DNA of 41,809 nucleotides from a virus (Duplodnaviria > Caudoviricetes): positions 1 to 41,809 of the IMG/VR virus record IMGVR_UViG_3300049811_000191. One strand, given 5' to 3'. The stretch's first letter is position 1. Each line of letters opens with the position of its first letter. Below are positions 34,229 through 41,809 of the stretch, one piece after another. The translations under genes and the position numbers were made by a program. The notes below the pieces were generated by a model that was not told the origin of the DNA, did not search any database, and saw only the letters and a program-made list of their open reading frames with translations.

Positions 34229-35092
34229 ATGACACTACATACTAAACCAACTGATGCGGAACTTGCTGCACAACTTGAAGCTTCACTTGCAGAACTTGAT
34301 AAATTAGAAACTAAGCTGGATGAAAAAAAGCCGGATGAGAAATCTACTGAAACTCCACAGGATATAAAGCCAACAGATGAAAAAAAGGAAGAAGGCAAAG
34401 CGGCTGATGGTGACACTCTAACTGATGATAAGAAAGATGATCAGAAGCCGGATACTGAGCCAAAGAAAACGCCAGAGCAGCAAAAACAGGATGATATAGA
34501 TTACAAGAAAAAGTTTGTAAGCTCTACACGTGAGGGCCAAATACTTTACCATCAATCACAAAGACTTGTCAAAGCTATAGAAGATGCAAATGCTATTCCG
34601 GAGCCAACAGAAGAAGAGATGACAAAAGAATATGCAGATTGGGAAGTGATGGATGATGCACAAAAGAAGATGGCAAAAGAAACGGTGAGAAATAGAAGGG
34701 CTTTAAATGCACTATCTGAAGTTGCGAAAGCAACAAAAGATATTCAAGCATGGAATGACAAGGTGGATACATACATTGCAGATTCAAAGACACTTTCACA
34801 ATATCCGGGGCTTGAAGGAAAGGAAGAGGACTTTAAAATATTTGCTGGTAAGCCAACAAGAATTGGTGCTGATTTAGAGCTTCTTGCCGGCGCATTCTTA
34901 AATGATTACACCACAAGTCAGATCAAGCACAAAGGCTCTATGTTTGAAAAGCCAAATGCCGGACTAAATGATAAGCCAAAAAATAAAACAGATAAATTAT
35001 CTACTGCTGAAGCAGAAGTTATAAGAAAAACAGACTACAAAAAATACACAGAACTTCTTAAAGCCGGAAAGATAGAAACAAGCATTGAATAA
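34229..35092 (+). CDS. Capsid scaffolding protein
   Basis: Charged low-complexity N-terminus, DYKKKF..S.REGQ coiled coil, directly upstream of the coat gene. Confidence 0.8.
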   Translation: MTLHTKPTDAELAAQLEASLAELDKLETKLDEKKPDEKSTETPQDIKPTDEKKEEGKAADGDTLTDDKKDDQKPDTEPKKTPEQQKQDDIDYKKKFVSSTREGQILYHQSQRLVKAIEDANAIPEPTEEEMTKEYADWEVMDDAQKKMAKETVRNRRALNALSEVAKATKDIQAWNDKVDTYIADSKTLSQYPGLEGKEEDFKIFAGKPTRIGADLELLAGAFLNDYTTSQIKHKGSMFEKPNAGLNDKPKNKTDKLSTAEAEVIRKTDYKKYTELLKAGKIETSIE

Positions 35093-35098
35093 ATGTGC

Positions 35099-35128
35099 TT
35101 GACTTGTAATAGAATTGATCTGTATTCT
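35099..35128 (+). promoter_or_regulatory. Putative late promoter (ATAG class) for major capsid
   Basis: TTGACT-TGTA-ATAG..., 18-bp spacer, TATTCT, with a ~65-nt leader. Confidence 0.75.
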
Positions 35129-35143
35129 TTCTTTGAAAGCACT

Positions 35144-35166
35144 CCTAACCTCTACATGAGTCTGGA
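35144..35166 (+). promoter_or_regulatory. 5'-UTR hairpin motif upstream of major capsid
   Basis: CCTAAC-CTCTACATGAG-TCTGGA. Confidence 0.55.
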
Positions 35167-35199
35167 AAAAGCTGCTAATTAATATTTATTTATTTTATT

Positions 35200-36318
35200 A
35201 TGGCAAGCGCCAGAGCTACTACACTAGCACAAGGTTTTTCAACCAAACTCCTCAAAGAAGTTTATGATAAGTCTTTGATTGACTACATCGTAAATCGTGA
35301 TTATGAGGGTGAGATTAATGCCGTTGGTTCAAAGTTGAACATTGGCAACATTGCACGTATATCTGAAAAGACATACGCCGGATCTGCTCTTGCGGCTGAT
35401 TCTCTAGGTGAGAATACAACCGTTTTAACAATTGATCAGTTTAAGTCTTTCTACTGGAAAGAAAAAACACTTGATAACTGGAAGTCATATATCAAGAATC
35501 CACATCCAACTGTAGTTGTACAGAAAGCGGATGAAAGAAATCGCAACATGGATGTTTACGCTCTTGGATTCTACACTGATGTGGCTGCTGGAAATCGTGT
35601 GGGAACTTCTTACACGACTGGAACTGTTGAAATTGCTAATACCACAGGTGTTGTAACAGGTGGTGGAACAACTTTTACATCAGCAATGGTGGGAAGAGGT
35701 TTTAAAGCAACAGGACACTCCAAATGGTATCGTGTGAAAGCAGTGAATAGTACGACTGAATTAGTTATTGAAGATGATCTTGATGATGTTGCATCTGCCT
35801 ATACAGGTGGTGCAATAAACGCCGGAGCAACTTACGAGATTGAAGCCGTAACTGCTTTGTCAGTCACCAAGGCCAACTTGCTTAACACTATTGCCAAACT
35901 TCGTGAGAAGCTTGACACAGCAGAGCGAAATGGCATGTCAGCAGTACCGGATAGCGGTAGATGGCTTGTTGTTCCGCCAGAGTTTGAAACAAAGCTTGTT
36001 CAGGCAACAGGTATTGCACTTCATGTACCCGCAGTTTATGAGGAACTTGTGAAGAAAGGCATGATCACTGAACTCTTAGGCTTTAAAGTCTTTAAGTCAA
36101 ACAGATTGACCGGCAACAACACAGATGGATTTAGAGTACTTGCTGGACATTCAAACTGGATGACGTTTGCAGAGAAGTTACTAGAGGCAACTATTGAAGA
36201 AGACCTGCCCGGTGACTTTGGAACTGCTTACAAAGACTTGTTCGTGTACGGAGCTAAAGTACCAGATGTCAGAAGGCATTATGCGGCTGAACTCTTATGC
36301 ACATTCGCAGCAGAATAA
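35200..36318 (+). CDS. Major capsid protein (P22-coat-like) with an insertion domain
   Basis: VNRDYEGEI..VG, LTIDQ, VP.SGRWLVV.P, LGFKVFKSN and L.VYGAKV. Confidence 0.9.
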   Translation: MASARATTLAQGFSTKLLKEVYDKSLIDYIVNRDYEGEINAVGSKLNIGNIARISEKTYAGSALAADSLGENTTVLTIDQFKSFYWKEKTLDNWKSYIKNPHPTVVVQKADERNRNMDVYALGFYTDVAAGNRVGTSYTTGTVEIANTTGVVTGGGTTFTSAMVGRGFKATGHSKWYRVKAVNSTTELVIEDDLDDVASAYTGGAINAGATYEIEAVTALSVTKANLLNTIAKLREKLDTAERNGMSAVPDSGRWLVVPPEFETKLVQATGIALHVPAVYEELVKKGMITELLGFKVFKSNRLTGNNTDGFRVLAGHSNWMTFAEKLLEATIEEDLPGDFGTAYKDLFVYGAKVPDVRRHYAAELLCTFAAE

Positions 36319-36330
36319 ACCATTAGAAAT

Positions 36331-36359
36331 TGGCCCGGTAGGTAAAAACTGCCGGGCCA
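36331..36359 (+). terminator. GC-rich stem-loop after major capsid, no U-tract
   Basis: TGGCCCGGTAG-GTAAAAA-CTGCCGGGCCA. Confidence 0.6.
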
Positions 36360-36389
36360 TAGCAGAGTGTTATATATAACTATATATTT

Positions 36390-37184
36390 ATGGCCACATT
36401 TGAACTCATATCACAACTACCAAAAGCTGATCAGGATGAAATTTTAAGAATCCTCAGCATTGCAGCAGCGCAAAGAACGGCTACAGAAGTAGCTTTTCTA
36501 GCCGCAAGATTGCCATATCAAACAAATGTAGTATTGCGATCTGATTCAAATGGACTTATTTTAGAAGCTGAAGGAAATACGCCGCCAACTGGTTACACTG
36601 GATTTAAAAAAGGCGCAATGTTCAGAGATTTAGATAAGTCAGGGATGAACATATATATAAACACTGGTAATGAAAATGGCGCTGTTTGGTCACTTTTGGG
36701 TGGTCAGATAATATCTGCTTCACCAAGCTTGTCACCATCTGTAAGCGCTTCACTTTCACCAAGTGTTTCAGCATCAAGATCAGCAAGTGCGTCTACATCT
36801 CCAAGTGTGAGTGTATCAAGATCACCAAGCCTTTCACCTTCTATATCTGTATCACTTTCACCATCAGTAAGCGTATCAAGATCACCATCAACAACGCCTT
36901 CTGTATCAGTGAGTTTGTCACCAAGCGCATCAACATCACCAAGCACAAGTGTATCTGTTTCAGCAAGCAGATCAGTGAGTTTGTCACCATCGGTCACACC
37001 AAGCTCAAGCATAAGCGTTTCAGCAAGCAGATCAGTGAGTTTGTCACCATCATTAAGTGCATCACTTTCAGCAAGCGCATCAACATCACCATCAGTCAGC
37101 GTAAGCAGCTCATACAGTGCTTCAGTATCACCAAGCACATCTGTAAGCTCTTCTGCCTCACCATCACCAAGCTTTCCAAACTAA
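36390..37184 (+). CDS. Putative capsid decoration protein with a ~155-aa Ser-rich tail
   Basis: Follows the coat gene. Globular N-terminus, SxSxSPS tract ~36714-37175, and a 35-bp repeat 36957-36991 = 37017-37051. Confidence 0.7.
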   Translation: MATFELISQLPKADQDEILRILSIAAAQRTATEVAFLAARLPYQTNVVLRSDSNGLILEAEGNTPPTGYTGFKKGAMFRDLDKSGMNIYINTGNENGAVWSLLGGQIISASPSLSPSVSASLSPSVSASRSASASTSPSVSVSRSPSLSPSISVSLSPSVSVSRSPSTTPSVSVSLSPSASTSPSTSVSVSASRSVSLSPSVTPSSSISVSASRSVSLSPSLSASLSASASTSPSVSVSSSYSASVSPSTSVSSSASPSPSFPN

Positions 37185-37187
37185 AGC

Positions 37188-37217
37188 TTGACATGATTGT
37201 TGATGAGATGATAAGAT
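37188..37217 (+). promoter_or_regulatory. Promoter of the glycosyltransferase operon, leaderless
   Basis: TTGACA-18 bp-TAAGAT with ATG at 37224. Confidence 0.75.
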
Positions 37218-37237
37218 GTATGTATGTTGTACATACA
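37216..37237. promoter_or_regulatory. Putative RHH operator, copy 2
   Basis: Inverted repeat TGTATGT-TGT-ACATACA over the start codon. 19/20 match to 2393-2412. Confidence 0.65.
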
Positions 37238-38072
37238 AAAGGATCTTACAAGTATTGTTATTCCTTCACGTAATGAAAAATATCTTCAGAAAACTATTCA
37301 GGATCTTCTCACAAATGCTAGAGGCTCTATTGAAATATTAGCCGTACTTGATGGCTATTGGCCGGAAGTTGGCGAAATAGTACTTGATGCAAGAGTGCAT
37401 TATCTTCATATACCGGTTGCACAGGGCATGAGAAATGCCATAAATAAAGCGGTTGCAGTAGCAAGAGGTGAATATATTTTAAAAACGGATGCACATTGTA
37501 TGTTTGATGTTGGGTATGACACCACACTTAGGCACGATATAGGCGCAGATTGGGTTATTGTACCAAGAAGATTCAGACTAGATGTTGATAAATGGGAAAT
37601 AATCAAAGATGGTAGGCCGCCAATTGATTACATGACACTAGGCCCGGATTTGAAAGGGTATGAAGACCGGGCAAAGAATGAACTATCTGCTAAAAAAGAA
37701 TTGGGTGGTATTGATGATCTTATGACTTCACAAGGCTCATGTTGGTTTATGAAGCGTGAATATTATGACTACTTAGAATTGCTTGATGAAAAGACATATG
37801 GGCCGTTTTATAAAGAGATGCAAGAGATAGGCTTAAAATGTTGGTTATCAGGCGGTAGGATGGTAGTAAACAAAAATACATGGTATGCACATTGGCATAA
37901 GCCAAAGTCAGTAGGGAGGGGCTATAAACTTGATAAAACGGCTGATGAAATAGCAAACAAGGCAATGTTGGGATGGAAAACGGACATGAAGTTTTGGCAT
38001 AAAACAAAATATCCGCTTCCTTGGTTATTTGAAAAGTTTAATATCAAATTTGATTACGAACTCAAAATATGA
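37224..38072 (+). CDS. GT2-family glycosyltransferase
   Basis: SIVIPSRNE, VLDG, GMRNAIN, GEYILKTDAH and GSCWFM. Confidence 0.92.
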   Translation: MLYIQKDLTSIVIPSRNEKYLQKTIQDLLTNARGSIEILAVLDGYWPEVGEIVLDARVHYLHIPVAQGMRNAINKAVAVARGEYILKTDAHCMFDVGYDTTLRHDIGADWVIVPRRFRLDVDKWEIIKDGRPPIDYMTLGPDLKGYEDRAKNELSAKKELGGIDDLMTSQGSCWFMKREYYDYLELLDEKTYGPFYKEMQEIGLKCWLSGGRMVVNKNTWYAHWHKPKSVGRGYKLDKTADEIANKAMLGWKTDMKFWHKTKYPLPWLFEKFNIKFDYELKI

Positions 38073-38812
38073 ACAATCTTTCTGTCATTTATTACACAAG
38101 TAACTTTTTGGATGATACAAATCCTTACTTTTTGGCAAATACCCGGAAGCAGCTATTGTTTGCAGCCGGTGATCTACCAATTGTTGTAGTATCACAAAAG
38201 CCAACACGATTTGAATGGCGTGAAGAAAGGTTTAAAAACATTGTGATAGGTGATATAGGCCGGTCACATTTAAATATTTATAGACAGATATTAGAAGGCT
38301 GCAAGGCTGCGACTACTGAATATGTGGCAATGGCTGAAGATGATATTTTATACTCACATGAACATTTTCACAATGAATATATTGGTAAATATGATTGCTT
38401 CTTGTATGACATGAATAAAGTTTCTATATTCACTTGGATTAGACCTGCCATATATTCTTTTCGGCATGACAGGATGGTTATTAATCAGCTCATAGCGCCT
38501 AGAAAGCTACTCATAGAGGCGCTTGAAGAAAGATTTAAAAGATTTGATGAGCTTATTAAACAGGGCAAAAAAGAAAGTCAAATCATAAAGTATTGGGGTG
38601 ATATGTCAAGATACGAAGACTTGTTGGGTGTAACGGTAAGACCAGCTAAAACCTTTATGTGCAAAATGCCAAGCTTAGTTTTTTCACATGAACATGCCTT
38701 TGGATACCTAAATCATGGGAAGAGAAAAAGATTAGGAGATTTGAGGATTATTAAATTAGTTGGTTGGGGCGATGCAGAAAATATAATCAGATTATTCTAT
38801 GAGAAAAATTAA
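38069..38812 (+). CDS. GT-A fold glycosyltransferase-like protein
   Basis: YVAMAEDDILY. Paralogous to the C-terminal half of 40009..41799. Confidence 0.75.
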   Translation: MNNLSVIYYTSNFLDDTNPYFLANTRKQLLFAAGDLPIVVVSQKPTRFEWREERFKNIVIGDIGRSHLNIYRQILEGCKAATTEYVAMAEDDILYSHEHFHNEYIGKYDCFLYDMNKVSIFTWIRPAIYSFRHDRMVINQLIAPRKLLIEALEERFKRFDELIKQGKKESQIIKYWGDMSRYEDLLGVTVRPAKTFMCKMPSLVFSHEHAFGYLNHGKRKRLGDLRIIKLVGWGDAENIIRLFYEKN

Positions 38813-39266
38813 TTTAACAGGTAAAAAAGGTGAGGGCAAATGTGCATTGGTGGATGATGATGATTTTGAAGAGATGAATGCACACAAATGGTATCTAAAT
38901 TGCAAGGGTTATGCTGCTCGTACAACACATACCAGCAGAAGACATGGCAGAATTGATAAAACAATTTTTATGCACAGAGAAATAAATAAAACTAAGGATG
39001 GATTGTTTACTGATCATATTAATAGGAATAAACTTGATAATAGGAAAAAGAATTTAAGAGTGGCTACCAACACACAAAATCAGCTTAATAAAGGGTTACA
39101 AAAGAATAATGTGTCAGGTATTGCTGGTGTTAGTTGGCATAAACAAAACAAATCTTGGTGGGTAAGAATCAATGTAAAAAATGTCCAATATAGTTGTGGA
39201 TGTTATAAATCGCTAAAAGAAGCTGCTTTAGCTAGAGAACAAGCAGAAAATAAATACTATGCTTAA
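38799..39266 (+). CDS. HNH-AP2 homing endonuclease
   Basis: ALVDDDD, MHREI, DHINRNKLDNRKKNLR and an AP2-like GVSW...W.VRI...EAALAR. Confidence 0.9.
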   Translation: MRKINLTGKKGEGKCALVDDDDFEEMNAHKWYLNCKGYAARTTHTSRRHGRIDKTIFMHREINKTKDGLFTDHINRNKLDNRKKNLRVATNTQNQLNKGLQKNNVSGIAGVSWHKQNKSWWVRINVKNVQYSCGCYKSLKEAALAREQAENKYYA

Positions 39267-39744
39267 AGATGATCTGTATGCATCACATTTGCCAATACTT
39301 GCAAAAGTAGTTGAGAAGACTACAGGGCCAATACTTGAGTATGGTATGGGATTTTCTACTACACTTTTTCATACGATGTGCAAACAGTCAAAGCGGCTTG
39401 TTGTTTCATATGAAAATGATAGAAAGTGGTATGAAAGGTTTAGAGAATACAATTGTGATTGGCATTTTATTAAGTATGTAGAAGATTGGGATTCAATACC
39501 GACAGACTATATAGATTGGGGCCTTGTCTTTCTTGATCATAGGCCGGCAAGAAGAAGAAGAATAGATGCTTTGAAGTATAAGGATAAGGCTGATTACATC
39601 TTGCTTCATGATAGCGAGCCGGAACAGGATAAGTTTTTTGGGTATAAAAAAATCTATCCGGAATTTAAGCACAGGTATCAATACTTAGATTGTAAGCCAA
39701 ACACAACTGTATTGAGCAACTTTAAAAGTGTCATATGGTTATGA
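39259..39744 (+). CDS. Class I SAM-dependent methyltransferase-like protein
   Basis: ILEYGMGFST, VSYEND, VFLD and LLHD. Confidence 0.7.
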   Translation: MLKDDLYASHLPILAKVVEKTTGPILEYGMGFSTTLFHTMCKQSKRLVVSYENDRKWYERFREYNCDWHFIKYVEDWDSIPTDYIDWGLVFLDHRPARRRRIDALKYKDKADYILLHDSEPEQDKFFGYKKIYPEFKHRYQYLDCKPNTTVLSNFKSVIWL

Positions 39745-40007
39745 ATCAAATATTCTTTAAAACTATAGCGCAAGCGGCCCGGCAGATTGAAGTATTAAGT
39801 GAGAAGAACAAAAGGGAGCAGACAAATCTAGCCATGCAGATTTATTGGCAAACATACGTGGCATTGGCTATAGAAGAAGGATTCTCAGACTTAGATATAA
39901 GCTATGCATTAGATAAATTGGTGAAGTCTGGTATTAAAAATTGTGTTGATTTGGTGTTTTCTCCGGGAACAGGTACACCAAAAATTTATTCAATTGGCAA
40001 ATCATAA
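39741..40007 (+). CDS. Hypothetical protein
   Basis: ATGA-coupled, fills the gap in the operon. Confidence 0.6.
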   Translation: MNQIFFKTIAQAARQIEVLSEKNKREQTNLAMQIYWQTYVALAIEEGFSDLDISYALDKLVKSGIKNCVDLVFSPGTGTPKIYSIGKS

Positions 40008-40008
40008 T

Positions 40009-41799
40009 ATGTACGACCTATCTATTTTAATTCCGGCACGGAATGAGATGTTTTTAGCAAAAACGGTTGAAAATATCTTAAAAAACATCCGGGGTAATAC
40101 TGAAGTTATAGTTGGGCTTGATGGTGAGTGGGCTAATCCGCCGCTTGAAGAGCATAAAAGGCTTACAGTTGTATATTTTGGAGAATCTATTGGTCAAAGG
40201 GCTGCAACTAATAGGCTTTGTGATCTTTCAATCGCTAAATATGTCATGAAGATTGATGCACATTGCGCCGTAGATGAAGGATTTGATGTGAAGATGATGG
40301 AAGAGATGCAAGATGATATAACAATGATTCCAACAATGTACAACCTTCACGGCTTTAATTGGGTGTGTACTGGTAAAAATGCGAAATATAGCGTGGCATA
40401 TACAGAAGATGAGGCTGTTTTAAAGATGGGATGTGGTCATACGATCTATCAAGGGCCAACTCCGGCATCTTGTGAGAAGTGTGGCGGCAACATGGTCAGG
40501 CTTCTTGTCTGGAAACCAAGATTAAGCCGGAAGAGTGAGTTTTATAGATTTGATACAACCTTACACTTTCAATATCACGGTGAAAGAAAGAAGCAGGTTA
40601 ATAAAAAAGATACACTTGTTGAAACTATGAGCGCTCAAGGTTCATGTTTTATGCTTACCCGGAAGAAATATTGGGAGCTAAACATTTGTGATGAAAAACA
40701 TGGTTCATGGGGCCAACAGGGAACAGAAGTAGCATGTAAAACATGGCTATCAGGTGGCCGGCTGGTAACAAACCGAAAAACGTGGTATTCACATATGTTT
40801 AGAACTCAAGGCGGCGATTTTGGTTTTCCATATGAAATATCAAATAAACAGGTTGCTACATCAAGAAAATATAGCCGGGAACTCTTTATGGAAAATACAT
40901 GGAATAAGCAGATCTATCCGCTTTCATGGCTTATAGAGAAGTTTAAACCTCTTCCGGATTGGCATGATGAAAAAGGTAAGAAGGTGCTTGAGTATGTGAA
41001 TAAGAAAGGACAGGAATTTTACTTTACTGAAGTTGCTGCAACTAATACATTGTCAATTAAAGATTTAAGAAAAGGGATAGCATTATTAAGAGGTGATACT
41101 AAAGGCATAATTTACTACACAGATAATAAGGTAAATATGTACTTGGGCCATAAGGTGAGAAAACAGATACTTAAATCAAAGCTTCCTGTAGTGTCTGCAT
41201 CACTTAAACCTATGGATTTTGGTAAAAACATACATATCAAATTAGAAAGAGGGTATGAAGCATACTTCCGGCAAATTCTTGCGGCTCTTGAAGCCAGTAC
41301 TGCTGATATTATCTTCTTTTGTGAACATGATTGGTTATACCATCCTTCACATTTCTGCTTTACGCCGGAAGATAGACACACATTTTATTATAACGACAAC
41401 TGGTGGCGTGTTAGAGCGTCAGACGGCCATGCGGTGAGATATGATACCCATCTTTTACCTTCTGTTGTTGGGTATAGAGAACTGTTTATTGATTATTACC
41501 GGCTTATTATAGGAAAGCTTGAAAAACTAGGCGGTTTTACAGGCGAAAATGCCCGGTTTATTGGCTTTGAGCCGGGTACTCATCATAGATTACCTGATTT
41601 TGAGAAATATAAGGTTAAAAGCTTCAAATCTGAGTATCCTAATATAGACATACGCCATGACACAAATCTTACGACTTCCAAATGGTCACAAAGTGAGTTT
41701 AGAAGTCAAAGAAATTGCCGGAATTGGCAAGAAACAGATGATATTCCGGGATGGGGCAAAGTCAAAGGAAACTTTATTAATTTACTTAAATCTATATGA
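40009..41799 (+). CDS. Two-domain glycosyltransferase (GT2 with a Cys-rich insert, plus GT-A)
   Basis: DLSILIPARNE, MKIDAHC, QGSCFM, a C...CGH...CEKC insert, and a second domain with FCEHDWLY. Start taken at ATG 40009. Confidence 0.9.
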   Translation: MYDLSILIPARNEMFLAKTVENILKNIRGNTEVIVGLDGEWANPPLEEHKRLTVVYFGESIGQRAATNRLCDLSIAKYVMKIDAHCAVDEGFDVKMMEEMQDDITMIPTMYNLHGFNWVCTGKNAKYSVAYTEDEAVLKMGCGHTIYQGPTPASCEKCGGNMVRLLVWKPRLSRKSEFYRFDTTLHFQYHGERKKQVNKKDTLVETMSAQGSCFMLTRKKYWELNICDEKHGSWGQQGTEVACKTWLSGGRLVTNRKTWYSHMFRTQGGDFGFPYEISNKQVATSRKYSRELFMENTWNKQIYPLSWLIEKFKPLPDWHDEKGKKVLEYVNKKGQEFYFTEVAATNTLSIKDLRKGIALLRGDTKGIIYYTDNKVNMYLGHKVRKQILKSKLPVVSASLKPMDFGKNIHIKLERGYEAYFRQILAALEASTADIIFFCEHDWLYHPSHFCFTPEDRHTFYYNDNWWRVRASDGHAVRYDTHLLPSVVGYRELFIDYYRLIIGKLEKLGGFTGENARFIGFEPGTHHRLPDFEKYKVKSFKSEYPNIDIRHDTNLTTSKWSQSEFRSQRNCRNWQETDDIPGWGKVKGNFINLLKSI

Positions 41800-41809
41800 T
41801 ACCTGTTTT
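41178..41809. repeat. Imperfect terminal direct repeat, right copy
   Basis: Ends in ATGATACCTGTTTT, the start of the aminotransferase gene at 619. Confidence 0.95.

Noticed and set aside
36704-37138. 144-aa minus-strand ORF and the overlapping +-strand ORF 36686..37273
   Set aside because: Alternative-frame shadows of the Ser-rich tail of 36390..37184.
37224-41799. GTs as DNA hypermodification enzymes
   Set aside because: No hydroxymethylase, TET/JBP, thymidylate synthase-like gene or phage polymerase was seen, and the context is structural. Disfavoured but not excluded.
1-41809. Alternative genetic code or integrated prophage
   Set aside because: TGA, TAG and TAA all end tightly packed genes under code 11. 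No integrase, att-flanked host DNA or CI/Cro pair was seen.

Overview
The window is an apparently complete, circularly permuted, AT-rich dsDNA phage genome. The unit length is about 41,177 bp, and bases ~1-632 are a diverged copy of ~41178-41809. All credible genes are on the + strand and use the standard code. The architecture is podovirus-like: TerS, TerL, portal, scaffold, P22-like coat, adaptor/nozzle and large ejection proteins, with no tape measure. I found no integrase, polymerase, primase or helicase. Main signal: a glycan cluster (four GT-A domains in three genes, a methyltransferase, a DegT aminotransferase, an RmlD-like reductase and an NDP-sugar dehydrogenase) lies inside the structural region, among four putative virion proteins with mucin-like Ser/Pro tracts of up to ~440 aa. 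This suggests a phage-encoded serine-rich-repeat O-glycosylation system, possibly controlled by an RHH repressor through a shared 20-bp operator. Counter-defence candidates are Tad2-like and Acb2/Tad1-like sponges, an Rnl1-Pnkp-nucleotidyltransferase RNA repair operon and a polyvalent ejection protein with two ART-like cassettes. Regulatory signals include a family of mostly leaderless promoters with a fixed ATAG spacer motif and a structured candidate origin region. The host is possibly a CPR/Patescibacteria-type bacterium (inference only). All calls come from motif recognition by eye; no database searches were run.
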